Shown one piece after another: positions 27,774-38,229 of a stretch of 64,000 nt of DNA; position 1 is the stretch's first letter; each line of letters starts with the position of its first letter. The DNA comes from a virus. Lineage: Duplodnaviria; Heunggongvirae; Uroviricota; Caudoviricetes. The stretch spans positions 30,216 to 94,215 of IMG/VR virus record IMGVR_UViG_3300007072_000340, one strand, 5' to 3'. Position numbers and translations under genes: made by a program. The notes under the pieces are model-generated. The model was not told the origin of the DNA, ran no database searches, and was given only the letters and a program-made list of their open reading frames with translations.

Positions 27774-28355
27774 TTAGGCGTTGACGGTGTAGGTCACCTT
27801 CAACTGGTCGCCGTTGAGCACCGAGACGGTGCCGCTGGAGAACTGGGCAGCCGCCCAGAGGGTGCCGCCGCCGGCCGCGTCGTTTTTCGTCGAGGGGGCC
27901 GAGCCGCCACCGACCACGCCCAAGCCGTAGACGCTCCCCGAACCGTTGATGTTGAAGACCACGGGGCTGGAGTTGGTGATCGACTGGTTGGCCGCCGCGC
28001 CCTCGGTCCACTCCTGACGGGTGGCCTCGCTGTAGGCGGTGAACTCGTCCCAGCCGTTGGTCCCATTGATCTGGGCGTAGGTGTCGCCGGCCGCCAGCGT
28101 GGGAGAACCGGCCCCGTCCACCAACAGGATGTACCACGTCCCGATGGCCGTCACGCCGTGGAACATCACGTCCAAGAGCTTGTTCTTACCCTCGTTCGTG
28201 ATGGCGTTGCGGATGTCGTACTTGCCGATCAACTGGCCGCCGCGCCAGTGCTCCACCTGGAAGCGGCCACGGGCGTGAATTTGATCGGAAACCTTGGCGG
28301 TGGGGCGAACCAACTGGCAAGCCGCCTCTTGCTGGACATGGATGGTGTCGTTCAT
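27774..28355 (-). CDS. Tail protein (hypothetical)
   Basis: Start at MNDTIHVQQ; sits between tape measure and fibre paralogues. Confidence 0.45.
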   Translation of the reverse strand: MNDTIHVQQEAACQLVRPTAKVSDQIHARGRFQVEHWRGGQLIGKYDIRNAITNEGKNKLLDVMFHGVTAIGTWYILLVDGAGSPTLAAGDTYAQINGTNGWDEFTAYSEATRQEWTEGAAANQSITNSSPVVFNINGSGSVYGLGVVGGGSAPSTKNDAAGGGTLWAAAQFSSGTVSVLNGDQLKVTYTVNA

Positions 28356-28380
28356 GGATGTTCCTCGATGAAAAAAGGGG

Positions 28381-31300
28381 TTACAGGGTTGACGTGCCAC
28401 GCCGCAGTTCCCTTCGCAACTCGGCGGCGATGGACCTTGCCGTCTGGCGGCTTGATCCGCCGCCGTTCACAGTCACGTTGATGTCGCCGATGTTGGTGAT
28501 GCTGCCTCCTTCGCTCCGGTAAGCCGGCCGCACACCGGCGTTGATGGCGGTCAGTTCCGAGGCGAAGCGCCGCGCTGAGGCGGCGTTGATGACCACTTCC
28601 CCAGGCGAGAGCATCGCCGGAATCACGTCCGTGCCCTGGGGAGGCCCGCCGAAGGCCAGAAAACTCCAGACCTTCCTCCCCTGCGCCGCCGTCACCGCGG
28701 GCGGCGGCTCGACCGCCCAGGAGGCCGCCGCCAGGTCCCACATCGCGGAGGCCGCCGCTTGAATCTCGCCGGCCAGGCCCGCCATGCTCGGGATCGCGCT
28801 CAGCGCCGCCTGGGCCTGCTGCGCGCCCTCGCCCATCTCGGTCGCCGCCTGGGGATTCAGTTGGTCGATGATCCCCTTCAGCCGGTCGGCCTCCTGCCGC
28901 GCCTTCTCCAATTCAGCTCGGATGTCTCGGCGCTGACCCTCGGGCGTCCGCTGGATCGTCTTCATCCGCTCCGCCTCATCCGCCAGGGACTTCGCCCAGC
29001 CCAGTTGGCTGGTGATGAAATCCTTGTCGAACTGGGTCAGGGTCGGACTCTTGAGCAGTTCCGTGGCCTTCTTCTGTAGGTCCAGGAACTGGTCCATCCC
29101 GAATCCCTTGGGAGCCTGGGACAGCTTTTTGAACTGGTCGAACAGCTCGCCCAGGGCCTTCGCGTCCTTCTGGATGTCCCCGCCGCCGAAGATCGTGCTG
29201 ATGCCTTTCTTCGTGGCCTGGGCGAGGAACGTCCGCCAGTCTTCCATCGCGGCCCTGTAGACCTCCAGATTGGCCCCCAAGGCACCTTGAGCCGCCCTTT
29301 GGGCAATGGTGGACTGCGAGATCGCGTCCTGCTCGCGCTGCAACCGGGCTGCCAGATCGACCTGCTTCTGGTACTCCCTGGTGACGATCTCCGTCTGCTC
29401 GGCGGGGGTCTTGCCGGCGAGCATTTCCGGCGTGATAGTCCCGCCCGGCTTGACGAAGGGCTTCAGGGCGACCGAGACGGCGCCCAAGCCGTTTTCGATC
29501 TGGCTTCGCAGGGCATCAATCGTCTGGGGGGCGGCAAAGAGCTTCTGGACTTCCAGGTCCGAGATGCCGCCCTCCAGGGCCGCATTCACGCGCCGCCTGA
29601 GCGTGTCAAACTTGAGCATCTCGCCCAAGTCGATCTGGGTGGTGCCCGCCGTCCAGAGGCGCTGGAACTCGTCCATCTTCCTCTTCAAGTCTTCCGACTT
29701 GGCGGCCGACTTGAGCGGGTCGATGGGGCCTTTCTTGTCGAAGAGGTCAAGGTCTTCGAGGATGCCCTTCATCAAGACCTTCATGCGGTCCACGCGGACC
29801 TGCTCCTGGGCCGCCGCCTGGGCCGCCCGTGCGGCGCGGTTCTCGCTGTTCGTCTGGAATTGCCTTTCCGCGTCGATCTGTTGTCGAATGATCGACAGCG
29901 ACACCCGCTGGGCGTCGTCCAGAAGCCACTCGTTCTTCGTCGAGGAGGCAATCGACTCGGCCTCCTGGGCGTGGGCCATCGCCCGCTGGAAGATGGCCTG
30001 CGCCGCCTGCTGTTGGTCCGGGGTCTCGGCCCTGGCCAGTTGCGCGGCCGCCTCCCGCGCCAGGGAGAGGGCGTGCCGGCTATACTGCTCCTCCAGGTAG
30101 TAGGCGTTCTTGTACCCCAGCAACCGATTCTTCAATAGCAGGTCGTCATAGCGGCCTTGCAGGTCCGCCTGGCGCTTCATGGAATCGACGGCCGCCTGGT
30201 TGGCGGCGTTGGCGGCCGAACGGAACTGCTGGACGATCTTCTCGCGGGTCGAGATCATCTGCTGCATTGTGGTTCGCGACGAGGTGATTAGCTCTTCGTT
30301 GCTCTTCCGCGCTAGATCGACCTGCGCGTTGTACGCCTGCCGCACCACGGCCATGTACTGCTCCAGACGGCGGCTGGCCTCTTCATAGACCTTCTTGTTG
30401 GCGGCGATCCGCTCCTCGCTCGCCTTCTCTTCCGCCGCCAGCCGCTCTTGGACGGACTTGCGGAAGTTCTCGTTGGCGTTGGTGAGCACCGAGGCCAACC
30501 GTTGGTCCAGGAAGTCGGCACCCCAGACGACCATCGCAATCGGGGCCAGCACGTTGTTGAAAGCGTTGCCCAGCAGGCCGGCGTTGGCAGCCGCCAGCTT
30601 GGCGCGGAGCGAGAAGGCCATTAGCGCGCCGCCGGCAACGGCCAGCGGTTCGGCCAGCGTCGTCAAGGCGGTGGCGATGCCCTTCAAGCTGGCGACCAGC
30701 CCATCCGCCCCGCCCACCGCCTTGAGCAAGCCGCTGAGGAACTTGACCAGTTCCGGGCCGACCTCCGTGGCCAAGGCGACCTTGATCCTGTTCAGTTCTT
30801 TCGTGTACTGCTCGGCGTCGCTGGAGGTGAACGTCTTGAACGCCTCGTTCAAGGTGTCCCGCGAAGTCTTGCCCATCACGGCCAGGGCTTGCTCAGCCTG
30901 CTGGGCACCGGAGCCAGTCAAGCGGAGTTCCGCGTTCAAGGCGCGGATGTTACGGAACAAAGTGGCCGTCCCTGCCACATCTTCATTCTGGCTGTGGCGC
31001 AGCTTCTCAAAGGCCCCCTGGAGGCCCTCTGCACGAATGAGCTGCTGACCCGTCTCGTAGCCCAAGGCTCGCAACTCTTCCCGCATGTCCGTGGAGGGCT
31101 TGATGAGCGCAGCCAAGGCAGCCCGGAAGCCCGTGGCGGCCTCCGGGACGCGCTGCGAGCCGATCGTCAGGGCGATGATCGACGAGTTGACCTCATCCAG
31201 GCTGACCCCCAACTCGCTGGCGATTGGGACGATGCGGCCAATCACCGGCGTCAGGTCGGCACCGCGGGTGCGGCCCAACTCAATCGTCTTGAAGAACTTG

Positions 31301-32145
31301 GCCGCCACGTCTTCGGCCTGGCTGGACGACATGCCGTAGCCGTTGAGCGTGCCGGTCAGAAGCAGCACGGCCTCGTTCAACTCCATCACGCCGACCTTCG
31401 CCAGCTTGGCGGAGGCCGTCATAATGTCCGAACGCTGCTTGACCGTGGTGAACTGGTTGGACAGCGTTTGGTAAATCGCCTCCGCCACGTCCGGCAGAGG
31501 GAAATTGAACGCCCGCGAGAAGTCGGCGACCTCCTTGCTCAACCCCTGGAAGTTCTTGTCGATCTTCGGGGCGATGGTCTGGATTTCCGAAATGCTCTTG
31601 GAGAACTTGAGGGCTTCGTCCACGGACTCCCGGAGCAGGTCACGAAGCTGGCTCAAGGCGCGGACGATGAACTGGGTCATCACGACCCGCGCGAGCGTTT
31701 CCCAGGTCACGGTGAGCCGCGCGGTATGCGTGGCCGCGGCCTGTGCGCCGCTGGCCGCCTGCTGCCCGGCCAGAGCCGCCTGCTGGCCGGTGGTCTGGGC
31801 GGCCTGGCCGGCACGCCCGATGGCACCGGTAAACTGCTGGGCCGAGGTGGTTGCCTGGGAGTAATCGGGCGGCAGCCAGAGCTTCGAGGCGGGCGCAGTC
31901 TGCGCGGCGGGCATTGCCGGCCCTGTGCCCATCTTCGACATCGACGAGGCGAGCCGCGAGGCGGCCGAGGCCATCTGGCGCATCGTGGCCAGGGCACTGG
32001 CCGCCTGGCTGTTCCAGGCGTCTATGACCGCGCCCAGCGCCTGGAACGCCGCGCCGGAGGCTTGCAGCGCAGAGTCCAACCGCTGCAAAGCGCTTAAGGC
32101 GCTTTCCACGTCGAAGCCGAGTTTATTGATGATCTCGTCAGCCAT
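28381..32145 (-). CDS. Tail tape measure protein
   Basis: 1254 aa, A/Q/L-rich predicted coiled coil throughout; position after the tail chaperone-like genes. Confidence 0.8.
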   Translation of the reverse strand: MADEIINKLGFDVESALSALQRLDSALQASGAAFQALGAVIDAWNSQAASALATMRQMASAASRLASSMSKMGTGPAMPAAQTAPASKLWLPPDYSQATTSAQQFTGAIGRAGQAAQTTGQQAALAGQQAASGAQAAATHTARLTVTWETLARVVMTQFIVRALSQLRDLLRESVDEALKFSKSISEIQTIAPKIDKNFQGLSKEVADFSRAFNFPLPDVAEAIYQTLSNQFTTVKQRSDIMTASAKLAKVGVMELNEAVLLLTGTLNGYGMSSSQAEDVAAKFFKTIELGRTRGADLTPVIGRIVPIASELGVSLDEVNSSIIALTIGSQRVPEAATGFRAALAALIKPSTDMREELRALGYETGQQLIRAEGLQGAFEKLRHSQNEDVAGTATLFRNIRALNAELRLTGSGAQQAEQALAVMGKTSRDTLNEAFKTFTSSDAEQYTKELNRIKVALATEVGPELVKFLSGLLKAVGGADGLVASLKGIATALTTLAEPLAVAGGALMAFSLRAKLAAANAGLLGNAFNNVLAPIAMVVWGADFLDQRLASVLTNANENFRKSVQERLAAEEKASEERIAANKKVYEEASRRLEQYMAVVRQAYNAQVDLARKSNEELITSSRTTMQQMISTREKIVQQFRSAANAANQAAVDSMKRQADLQGRYDDLLLKNRLLGYKNAYYLEEQYSRHALSLAREAAAQLARAETPDQQQAAQAIFQRAMAHAQEAESIASSTKNEWLLDDAQRVSLSIIRQQIDAERQFQTNSENRAARAAQAAAQEQVRVDRMKVLMKGILEDLDLFDKKGPIDPLKSAAKSEDLKRKMDEFQRLWTAGTTQIDLGEMLKFDTLRRRVNAALEGGISDLEVQKLFAAPQTIDALRSQIENGLGAVSVALKPFVKPGGTITPEMLAGKTPAEQTEIVTREYQKQVDLAARLQREQDAISQSTIAQRAAQGALGANLEVYRAAMEDWRTFLAQATKKGISTIFGGGDIQKDAKALGELFDQFKKLSQAPKGFGMDQFLDLQKKATELLKSPTLTQFDKDFITSQLGWAKSLADEAERMKTIQRTPEGQRRDIRAELEKARQEADRLKGIIDQLNPQAATEMGEGAQQAQAALSAIPSMAGLAGEIQAAASAMWDLAAASWAVEPPPAVTAAQGRKVWSFLAFGGPPQGTDVIPAMLSPGEVVINAASARRFASELTAINAGVRPAYRSEGGSITNIGDINVTVNGGGSSRQTARSIAAELRRELRRGTSTL

Positions 32146-32157
32146 GAGATACGCTTG

Positions 32158-32691
32158 CTACGTGCTAGCGCGCACCGCGCGCACATGGGGCTTGACCGGC
32201 GGAAGGTCCACGGTGTCTGCAAATCGGAGGAAGGCCCTGGCGCCTACGGCCTGGAAGTTGTAGGGGCCTTCCTTAATCACGCGATAGAAGAGGGTCGGGT
32301 CGGGATCGACGTTGGCGTTGTGGTACTCGTTCCAGATCAGCCACGGCAGCGTCGTGCTGTAGCTGAAGGTGTACTCGCCGGTCTCCTTATCCGCCGTCAG
32401 TTTGCCGTCGCTTTCCGCCATCCCCATCCCCGTGCGGTCGATCCGGCTGCTAAACAGCCCGTGTGCTGCCTGAACGGCCGCCGGTGCGACAGGCAGACCG
32501 TACCCGATCTGTTGGGCCAGCTTCACGAACGTGGCCCGCGATGCCCCGCTCCACACCGGAATCTCCGCCAGGACCGCCTCCAGCCAGGCCATGAGCCCCT
32601 GGGCGATTCCCTGGGTCATGTGCTTGTCCAGGGCGTTGCGGTAGGCCGACACGTCGATGCGCGGTGCGGAGAACTGGGCGGTGAACTTCAT
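32158..32691 (-). CDS. Hypothetical (tail assembly chaperone region)
   Basis: 177-aa ORF immediately upstream of the tape measure. Confidence 0.4.
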   Translation of the reverse strand: MKFTAQFSAPRIDVSAYRNALDKHMTQGIAQGLMAWLEAVLAEIPVWSGASRATFVKLAQQIGYGLPVAPAAVQAAHGLFSSRIDRTGMGMAESDGKLTADKETGEYTFSYSTTLPWLIWNEYHNANVDPDPTLFYRVIKEGPYNFQAVGARAFLRFADTVDLPPVKPHVRAVRAST

Positions 32692-32869
32692 GGTCAGGAA
32701 CCTTGCTCCGGCCGATGCCGGGACGCCGCAAGGGGCATCCGTGCCCCGGCCAGTTGAGCCTCCCGCTCCGCTTCGTCGTAACTCCGCAGTTGGTCGAAGG
32801 CGACGATCAAAGCCTGGGTCTCAACGCCGCACTCGTCCCACGACGGCTTGACGCCCGGCGGCCGGATGC

Positions 32870-33397
32870 CTAGCCGCTGGCAGGCCCGCCAGATGGCGAA
32901 CTCTCCCGTTCGGTGAGGGGGCCAGAGAATTGATCGGGCATCGGTTCCTGACCAGCAAGAAAAACCTCGCGGGCCTTTTGCAGCTTGGCCTCGTCCAGGG
33001 CGTTCGCCTCAAGCACCAGGGCCAGGACGCGATTGGCCTCCACTTGGGTCAGGCCGCCGTTCTTCAGGTCGTCCTCCCAATTCGGCCAGGTCCGCGGGTC
33101 GTTCTCCTTCACGCTGTCCCATTCGATCTCGGACGGGGCCAGGGACTTGACGACCATGTAGCCGAGGCGCTTCTTGGCCCAGATGCCCAGGACTTGCTGG
33201 TAGGTGGGATCGTTGAGGTTGGGCACCCAGCCCTCTTTGGTGTACTTGCCCGGCGGCTTCGGCGTCGGGCAAAGGGCGTTGAATTCGTCCATGTCGGGCA
33301 GCCCCCTGGCACGGAACACGAGGTTCTCGTCGCCGCGAGGCAGGACGAGGACGACTTCGTTGGAGAGCCCTTTCGGGTCGATACCGGCAATCTTCAT
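32870..33397 (-). CDS. Hypothetical (tail assembly chaperone candidate)
   Basis: 175-aa ORF between tube candidate and tape measure. Confidence 0.4.
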   Translation of the reverse strand: MKIAGIDPKGLSNEVVLVLPRGDENLVFRARGLPDMDEFNALCPTPKPPGKYTKEGWVPNLNDPTYQQVLGIWAKKRLGYMVVKSLAPSEIEWDSVKENDPRTWPNWEDDLKNGGLTQVEANRVLALVLEANALDEAKLQKAREVFLAGQEPMPDQFSGPLTERESSPSGGPASG

Positions 33398-33532
33398 GTT
33401 GTTCCCTCACGGAGAAAGGGGAAGAAGGCGGTGCCGGCACCGGTGCCGGCACCGCGGGACTGGTCTGTTGACAAAGAGGCCAGTCGAACCGGCTCGCAAG
33501 CCGGGGAGTCGTTCAGAATCGACGCTGGCCGT

Positions 33533-34303
33533 TTATTGCACGTCCGGCCACGGGTCGGCGGAGCCCACCCGATCCACTTGCGGCTCGGTGCGCTTGCACT
33601 TGCCGCTGACCGAGATCGACGCCTCCTTGTAGTTCACCTCCCGACTCTCGGAACGAAAGTCAGGGAAGGCGACTTGCTCCCTCTGGGCCGTTCCGCAGGG
33701 CGGGGTGTGGCGGACAATCATGTGGACGCAGTACGGCTCGCACAGGTCGTCGGACGCACTGACCCACTCGGCTGCGCCGCCAATGCCCTTGAGGGCATCC
33801 ACCGGGCTCACCGGCTCGCTCGTGCCCTGGGTGATGTGCTCGAAGACGGCCTCCAGCTTCACGTCCATCGGCACCTGGTTGCCTTCCCGCACGGTGTCCA
33901 GGTCGCCCCGGTCCAACTCATACTTGTACTCGTTGTGTTCGGTGTACGTGACGTTGCCGTCGCCGATCTTGATTTCCAACTCCTGCGGATAGAACGTCAC
34001 CAGGCCGCCGTCCGTGTACGTGCCGGCCCCAAGCGCGGGGCTGAAGGTAATCTGGGTCGTGGGGCTGCTCCCGCTTGGGGTCCGCGCCGTGACGGTGTGG
34101 TACACCGGGGTCGTCTCGCCTGCGATCTTGAAGCGAGCGCCCAGCGGCACCAGATCACTGTCTTTGGTGTTCAACACGATGGTGTCGATGGTCAGTTGCG
34201 TGTCGTTCTCGGCCGGAGGGGTGACGGGCTGGTTGACGGCCGCCGCCCCGTTCAGACCGTCCTGGAGAATGACATCGCAGTCTCTCAACTCGATGCGTGC
34301 CAT
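33533..34303 (-). CDS. Major tail (tube) protein candidate
   Basis: 256 aa; position upstream of the chaperones and tape measure. Confidence 0.4.
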   Translation of the reverse strand: MARIELRDCDVILQDGLNGAAAVNQPVTPPAENDTQLTIDTIVLNTKDSDLVPLGARFKIAGETTPVYHTVTARTPSGSSPTTQITFSPALGAGTYTDGGLVTFYPQELEIKIGDGNVTYTEHNEYKYELDRGDLDTVREGNQVPMDVKLEAVFEHITQGTSEPVSPVDALKGIGGAAEWVSASDDLCEPYCVHMIVRHTPPCGTAQREQVAFPDFRSESREVNYKEASISVSGKCKRTEPQVDRVGSADPWPDVQ

Positions 34304-34324
34304 GTGTGGTATCTCCTCGTTTAC

Positions 34325-34822
34325 TTACTTGGTGGTAATCTCCATCCGGTAGCGAGCGTCTACCATTGACTGCTTCAACCGGTCGGTCGGATTGATCTGG
34401 CCGAAGTGCATGACCCGGATGGCCTCGTGTCGGCCTTGGACCGGCGAGAGGCAGCCGACTAGGGCGTGCTCGTCGTCCTCCGGCCCGGTGCCGTACTTGT
34501 AGACGGCGATGCTGGCATCCATTGCCTCCTGGAATACGCCGGTCTTCTGGATGATGGCGTACTGATTCTTCTGCTCTTCGTAGCGGCTGAGGAGCAGCAC
34601 GTTCACCACGACTTCGATCTGGAAGTAGTTGTGGCTGAGTTCCTTCGTGAACGGTCCCGTGATGCGGACCTCGCACCGATCCGTGGCGCTCATAAACTCC
34701 GTGGTCCGCTCGTCCAAGCCTTCGATCAGGACGGGAAGCTGCTGGCCTTCGGCCACTTGCTTCAAGTAAGTGGCGACGGACGCGAACACCCAGCGTGCCC
34801 AGTTGGGATTGGCGGGCATGGC
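34325..34822 (-). CDS. Head-tail joining / tail completion candidate
   Basis: Start at MPANPNWARW (ATG overlapping previous stop); the N-terminal extension in the ORF track is GC-rich noise. Confidence 0.4.
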   Translation of the reverse strand, partial: AMPANPNWARWVFASVATYLKQVAEGQQLPVLIEGLDERTTEFMSATDRCEVRITGPFTKELSHNYFQIEVVVNVLLLSRYEEQKNQYAIIQKTGVFQEAMDASIAVYKYGTGPEDDEHALVGCLSPVQGRHEAIRVMHFGQINPTDRLKQSMVDARYRMEITTK

Positions 34823-35334
34823 TACACCCCTCTTTGGGCCTGGGTGCTGAGAGTCAGGGCGTCCATGGCCGAGCCTTCGAGGATCGACCCCGCCACGCCG
34901 ACCGCCTCGCCCACCAGTTCTTTGCCGTGGATGATGTAGGCCGCATCGAACTCGTACTCCTCGAAGTTCTCGATGGCGTACTTGCGGCCGTGGTAGACGA
35001 GCCAATCGCTCTGCTTCAAGACCAGGTTCGGGCAGTCGCGGCGCTCGATGATGAACAGACGCTTGCCCGCCTCGTAGCCGCCGCCCGTGACCATCTGCTT
35101 ATTGGCAGAGATCAGCGAGATCGACTGCTTCACCTCGCGGCTAACGGTCTCGGGCAGAACAATGGCCCGCTGAATCCGGGTCGCCGTCTTCGTCCGTGTC
35201 ACTTCGCCGGTCTTCGTGTCCGTAGTCACCGCCCCGTTCTGATAGACGGTGATCGTGCCGCCGTACTGCCGCTTCAGCGCATAGAGCACCTGGCGAATCC
35301 GCTGGTTCAAGCTGTAATTCGCAGGGTACGTCAT
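34822..35334 (-). CDS. Head completion / neck protein candidate
   Basis: 170-aa ORF in neck position. Confidence 0.4.
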   Translation of the reverse strand: MTYPANYSLNQRIRQVLYALKRQYGGTITVYQNGAVTTDTKTGEVTRTKTATRIQRAIVLPETVSREVKQSISLISANKQMVTGGGYEAGKRLFIIERRDCPNLVLKQSDWLVYHGRKYAIENFEEYEFDAAYIIHGKELVGEAVGVAGSILEGSAMDALTLSTQAQRGV

Positions 35335-35338
35335 GGCC

Positions 35339-35644
35339 TCAGTCTCGCTTCCGTTGATCGCACGTCGGTCGCCACGGGCAGTCGAACCGCTCGTCCAGGG
35401 CCTTCTCCAATCGCTCCATCATCAAGGTGTTTTGAGCAATCACGTCCGCACACCTCTCCACCAGCGGCATCAACACATGCCGCTGTTCGTCTTCCAGTTT
35501 CGAGATGCGTTTGCTCATGCGGCCTTCCCGGACCCAGCCTTGCCACAGCAAGAAGACGACGACCAGCACCAGCGGGCCGTACTGCTTCAACAGCGCGACG
35601 GCATCGGCAAACGTGTCCGCCTGCGCCAAGAGTAGGAAGTCCAT
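35339..35644 (-). CDS. Small hypothetical protein
   Basis: Start at MDFLLLAQ; hydrophobic N-terminus. Confidence 0.35.
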   Translation of the reverse strand: MDFLLLAQADTFADAVALLKQYGPLVLVVVFLLWQGWVREGRMSKRISKLEDEQRHVLMPLVERCADVIAQNTLMMERLEKALDERFDCPWRPTCDQRKRD

Positions 35645-35747
35645 GAGGCAACCCCGTCCGCCCAAGGGCGCAGTTGAGGGTAAACAGTGGCCGCCCGTCC
35701 GGGTCTGGCCCGGACGGGCGACCGCAACTCGCTCGGGACAGACAGGA

Positions 35748-37145
35748 TTAGCCGAGCACGGGGACGCAGAGGGCGCTTTCCAGCACGGCCACGCCAGCCA
35801 GGATGTCGCAGTTCACGACGGTCCCGCCCGCGTTGATGTCGTACTGCATCAGGACGCGCATCCCGATCCCGTTGTGCGGGACCACGGCGGCCATGACGCC
35901 CATGCGGGTGTCCGGCAGGGCCAGCGGCCGGGTGACCAGCGCCAGCGCGTCCCGGTGGAACGCCAGGTTCATCGAGCCGTAGGGGCCGGGGTAGGCCGCC
36001 GCATCGGCGTTCACGCCCGCTTCCAGCGGCCGATCCAGGTACACCGTGCAGGTCGCGCCGGCGTCTTCCGACTCGATCACCGTGTAGGTCTTGCGGCCCG
36101 AACCGGTGCCGAAGGCGAGCAACTGGCCGACCTGCGGAGCCTTGCCGGCGGTGTAGCTCTTCAGGACGACGCCCTTGCTGTACCCGGCGGCGTAGCTCGC
36201 GTTGGCCGCGCACGCCTTGTAGCGCGTGACCACGGCGTTGTCCAGCGTGGCGTACTTGTTCGCTTCGTTCAGGGTGAACGAAACGCCCGCGTCCACGGCC
36301 GTCACGTAGGTCGGCTGGTCGTTGCCGGCCACGACCGCGAACTCGCCCACCGCGATGTCGGCGATGGCCGACTCCTGGATGCCCGTGTAGCCGGCGGGTT
36401 TCGGTTCCGTGACCGTGCCCTCGGCGGTGTCGGCACCGGTCAGAACGCAGTTGACGTTCTGGCACATGAACGTGTCGAAGCCGAGGATGCGGCCCAGGGT
36501 GGCGTTCTCCAGCGCCGAGCCGCCGTCGCCGCGCTCGTTGGCCTTCAAGAAGATGTCGGTCTTGAGCATGGCCGTCTCCGCCGTGGGAGCCATGACCAGC
36601 CGGCGGCCGTCCATCGGGGCCTTGTTGACGTTCAATCGCTCGCGGGCCTCTAGCACCCAGTCCTTGGCGTTCGAGGCGCTGAGGGCACCGAGCCGACCGA
36701 TGCGGCTCGCCGGGGTGCCGAAGTAGGAGTGAACCCGGCCGAGCAAGGCGCGATCAACGCCGCGGGCGATGGTGAGCATCGCAGGCCGGAGGTAGATGTC
36801 GGTCAACTCCTGGAAGGACTTGCTGCCTTCCCCGTCCCGGATCACGAACGACGAGTAGAACCACTGGTCCAGGGCGACCGGCACGTTGGTGGCGATGGCG
36901 TCCTGCTGGGTGAGCGTGGTCCCGTCCGTCTTCCGGCGAATCCTGAACTCGCCGGGCTTCCGGGTGTTCACCACGTCGCCGAACTTGGCGATCTCGTTCT
37001 CGAAGTCGCGGTGGACGAGGTTCGCCATGACCATGTTCTCTTCGAGGATGGCCAGGCCCTCTTGTGCCCACAACTCCGGGATGTAGGCGTCCAGGTTGTT
37101 TTCGTAACAAGCCACGAACGGCTGGCTGAGGTAGAGACGATTCAT
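35748..37145 (-). CDS. Major capsid protein
   Basis: Start at MNRLYLSQPF; about 465 aa immediately downstream of the scaffold-like gene. Confidence 0.6.
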   Translation of the reverse strand: MNRLYLSQPFVACYENNLDAYIPELWAQEGLAILEENMVMANLVHRDFENEIAKFGDVVNTRKPGEFRIRRKTDGTTLTQQDAIATNVPVALDQWFYSSFVIRDGEGSKSFQELTDIYLRPAMLTIARGVDRALLGRVHSYFGTPASRIGRLGALSASNAKDWVLEARERLNVNKAPMDGRRLVMAPTAETAMLKTDIFLKANERGDGGSALENATLGRILGFDTFMCQNVNCVLTGADTAEGTVTEPKPAGYTGIQESAIADIAVGEFAVVAGNDQPTYVTAVDAGVSFTLNEANKYATLDNAVVTRYKACAANASYAAGYSKGVVLKSYTAGKAPQVGQLLAFGTGSGRKTYTVIESEDAGATCTVYLDRPLEAGVNADAAAYPGPYGSMNLAFHRDALALVTRPLALPDTRMGVMAAVVPHNGIGMRVLMQYDINAGGTVVNCDILAGVAVLESALCVPVLG

Positions 37146-37242
37146 TGTTGTTCTCCAAGGCTGGGTTCTCCGCTCGGCGCTGCAAGTCACCGCGACTCGT
37201 TCAGCCGCCGGAGCGACCTTTCACCGAACCCCTGAGAGGTTT

Positions 37243-38133
37243 CTAGCGGCGCTTGGGAGCGAGACCGAGCAATTCAGGGTTCTTGGCTCGAATCTCTCGA
37301 TACTGCTGCGGAGTCAGCTTCCGCACGTCGATCTTGCCGCCTTGACCCGGCATGAGGCCGCCGGTGGCCGAACTCGAACCGATGCCCGACACCACGCCCG
37401 ACTTGAACAAGTTGCCGTACTGGTCGGGCAGTTCCTTCATCCGCGCCACCGCCTCTTCGGGGGTGCGGATCATCTCCTCCTGCTGACCGGTCTTGGGATT
37501 CACGTCGAGCATCACGACTTTGACTTCGTACTGGCCGTTGGGCCGATTCGTGACCGGATCGACGCCTTCCACCAGTTTCGTCATGGGCTTCAGGAGCGTG
37601 ACGATCTGGCTCGGGCTGAAGGCGTCATTCTTGACCGCGGCGTCCTGCAACGCCCGCTGGACGGTGGACTCGCGGTACAGACCCTCCCAAACCTGGATCT
37701 TCTTCTCGCTCTCCACGAGTTTCGCCTGGTACTGCTGTTCCAGCGCCTGCTTCTCCTTGGCCGCAGCCGCTTCGGCCGACCGCAACTGGCCCTGGACCGC
37801 CGCCAGGTTCTCCTGCAACACCCTGCGGTCCTGCTCAGTCAGTTGGCTGCTCTTCAGCACGCTTTCCAGCTTCTCGGCTTGCTCCTTGAGCTGGGCCTGG
37901 TACTTCCGGCGGTCTTCGGCGAGAAAGCGGTTCACGTCTTCCTGAGTGAACGTCTTCTGCTGGCCGCCGCCGGTGCCGGCACCTGCGCCAGCGCCCGCGC
38001 CGCCATCACTGGCACCTGCATCGGCACCCGCGCCGGCACCTGCGCCACCATCACCCGCCGCTCCATCACCCTCGAAACAAGCACACCACGGACGAGACAG
38101 ATACAGAGAACGGAACATGCAGACATTCCTCAA
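37243..38133 (-). CDS. Scaffolding protein
   Basis: G/A-rich N-terminus followed by long coiled coil (QAQLKEQAEKLESVLKSSQLTEQDRRVLQENLAAVQGQLRSAEAAAAKEKQALEQQYQAKLVESEKK). Confidence 0.6.
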   Translation of the reverse strand: MRNVCMFRSLYLSRPWCACFEGDGAAGDGGAGAGAGADAGASDGGAGAGAGAGTGGGQQKTFTQEDVNRFLAEDRRKYQAQLKEQAEKLESVLKSSQLTEQDRRVLQENLAAVQGQLRSAEAAAAKEKQALEQQYQAKLVESEKKIQVWEGLYRESTVQRALQDAAVKNDAFSPSQIVTLLKPMTKLVEGVDPVTNRPNGQYEVKVVMLDVNPKTGQQEEMIRTPEEAVARMKELPDQYGNLFKSGVVSGIGSSSATGGLMPGQGGKIDVRKLTPQQYREIRAKNPELLGLAPKRR

Positions 38134-38229
38134 CCCGAATGGAACTGATACCAGACTGTCCGCCTATTCGGTTTCGGCGGGGTCCGACCCGGCACAATCG
38201 CCGGTAGGAAAGGGAGCCAGGTCAAATGC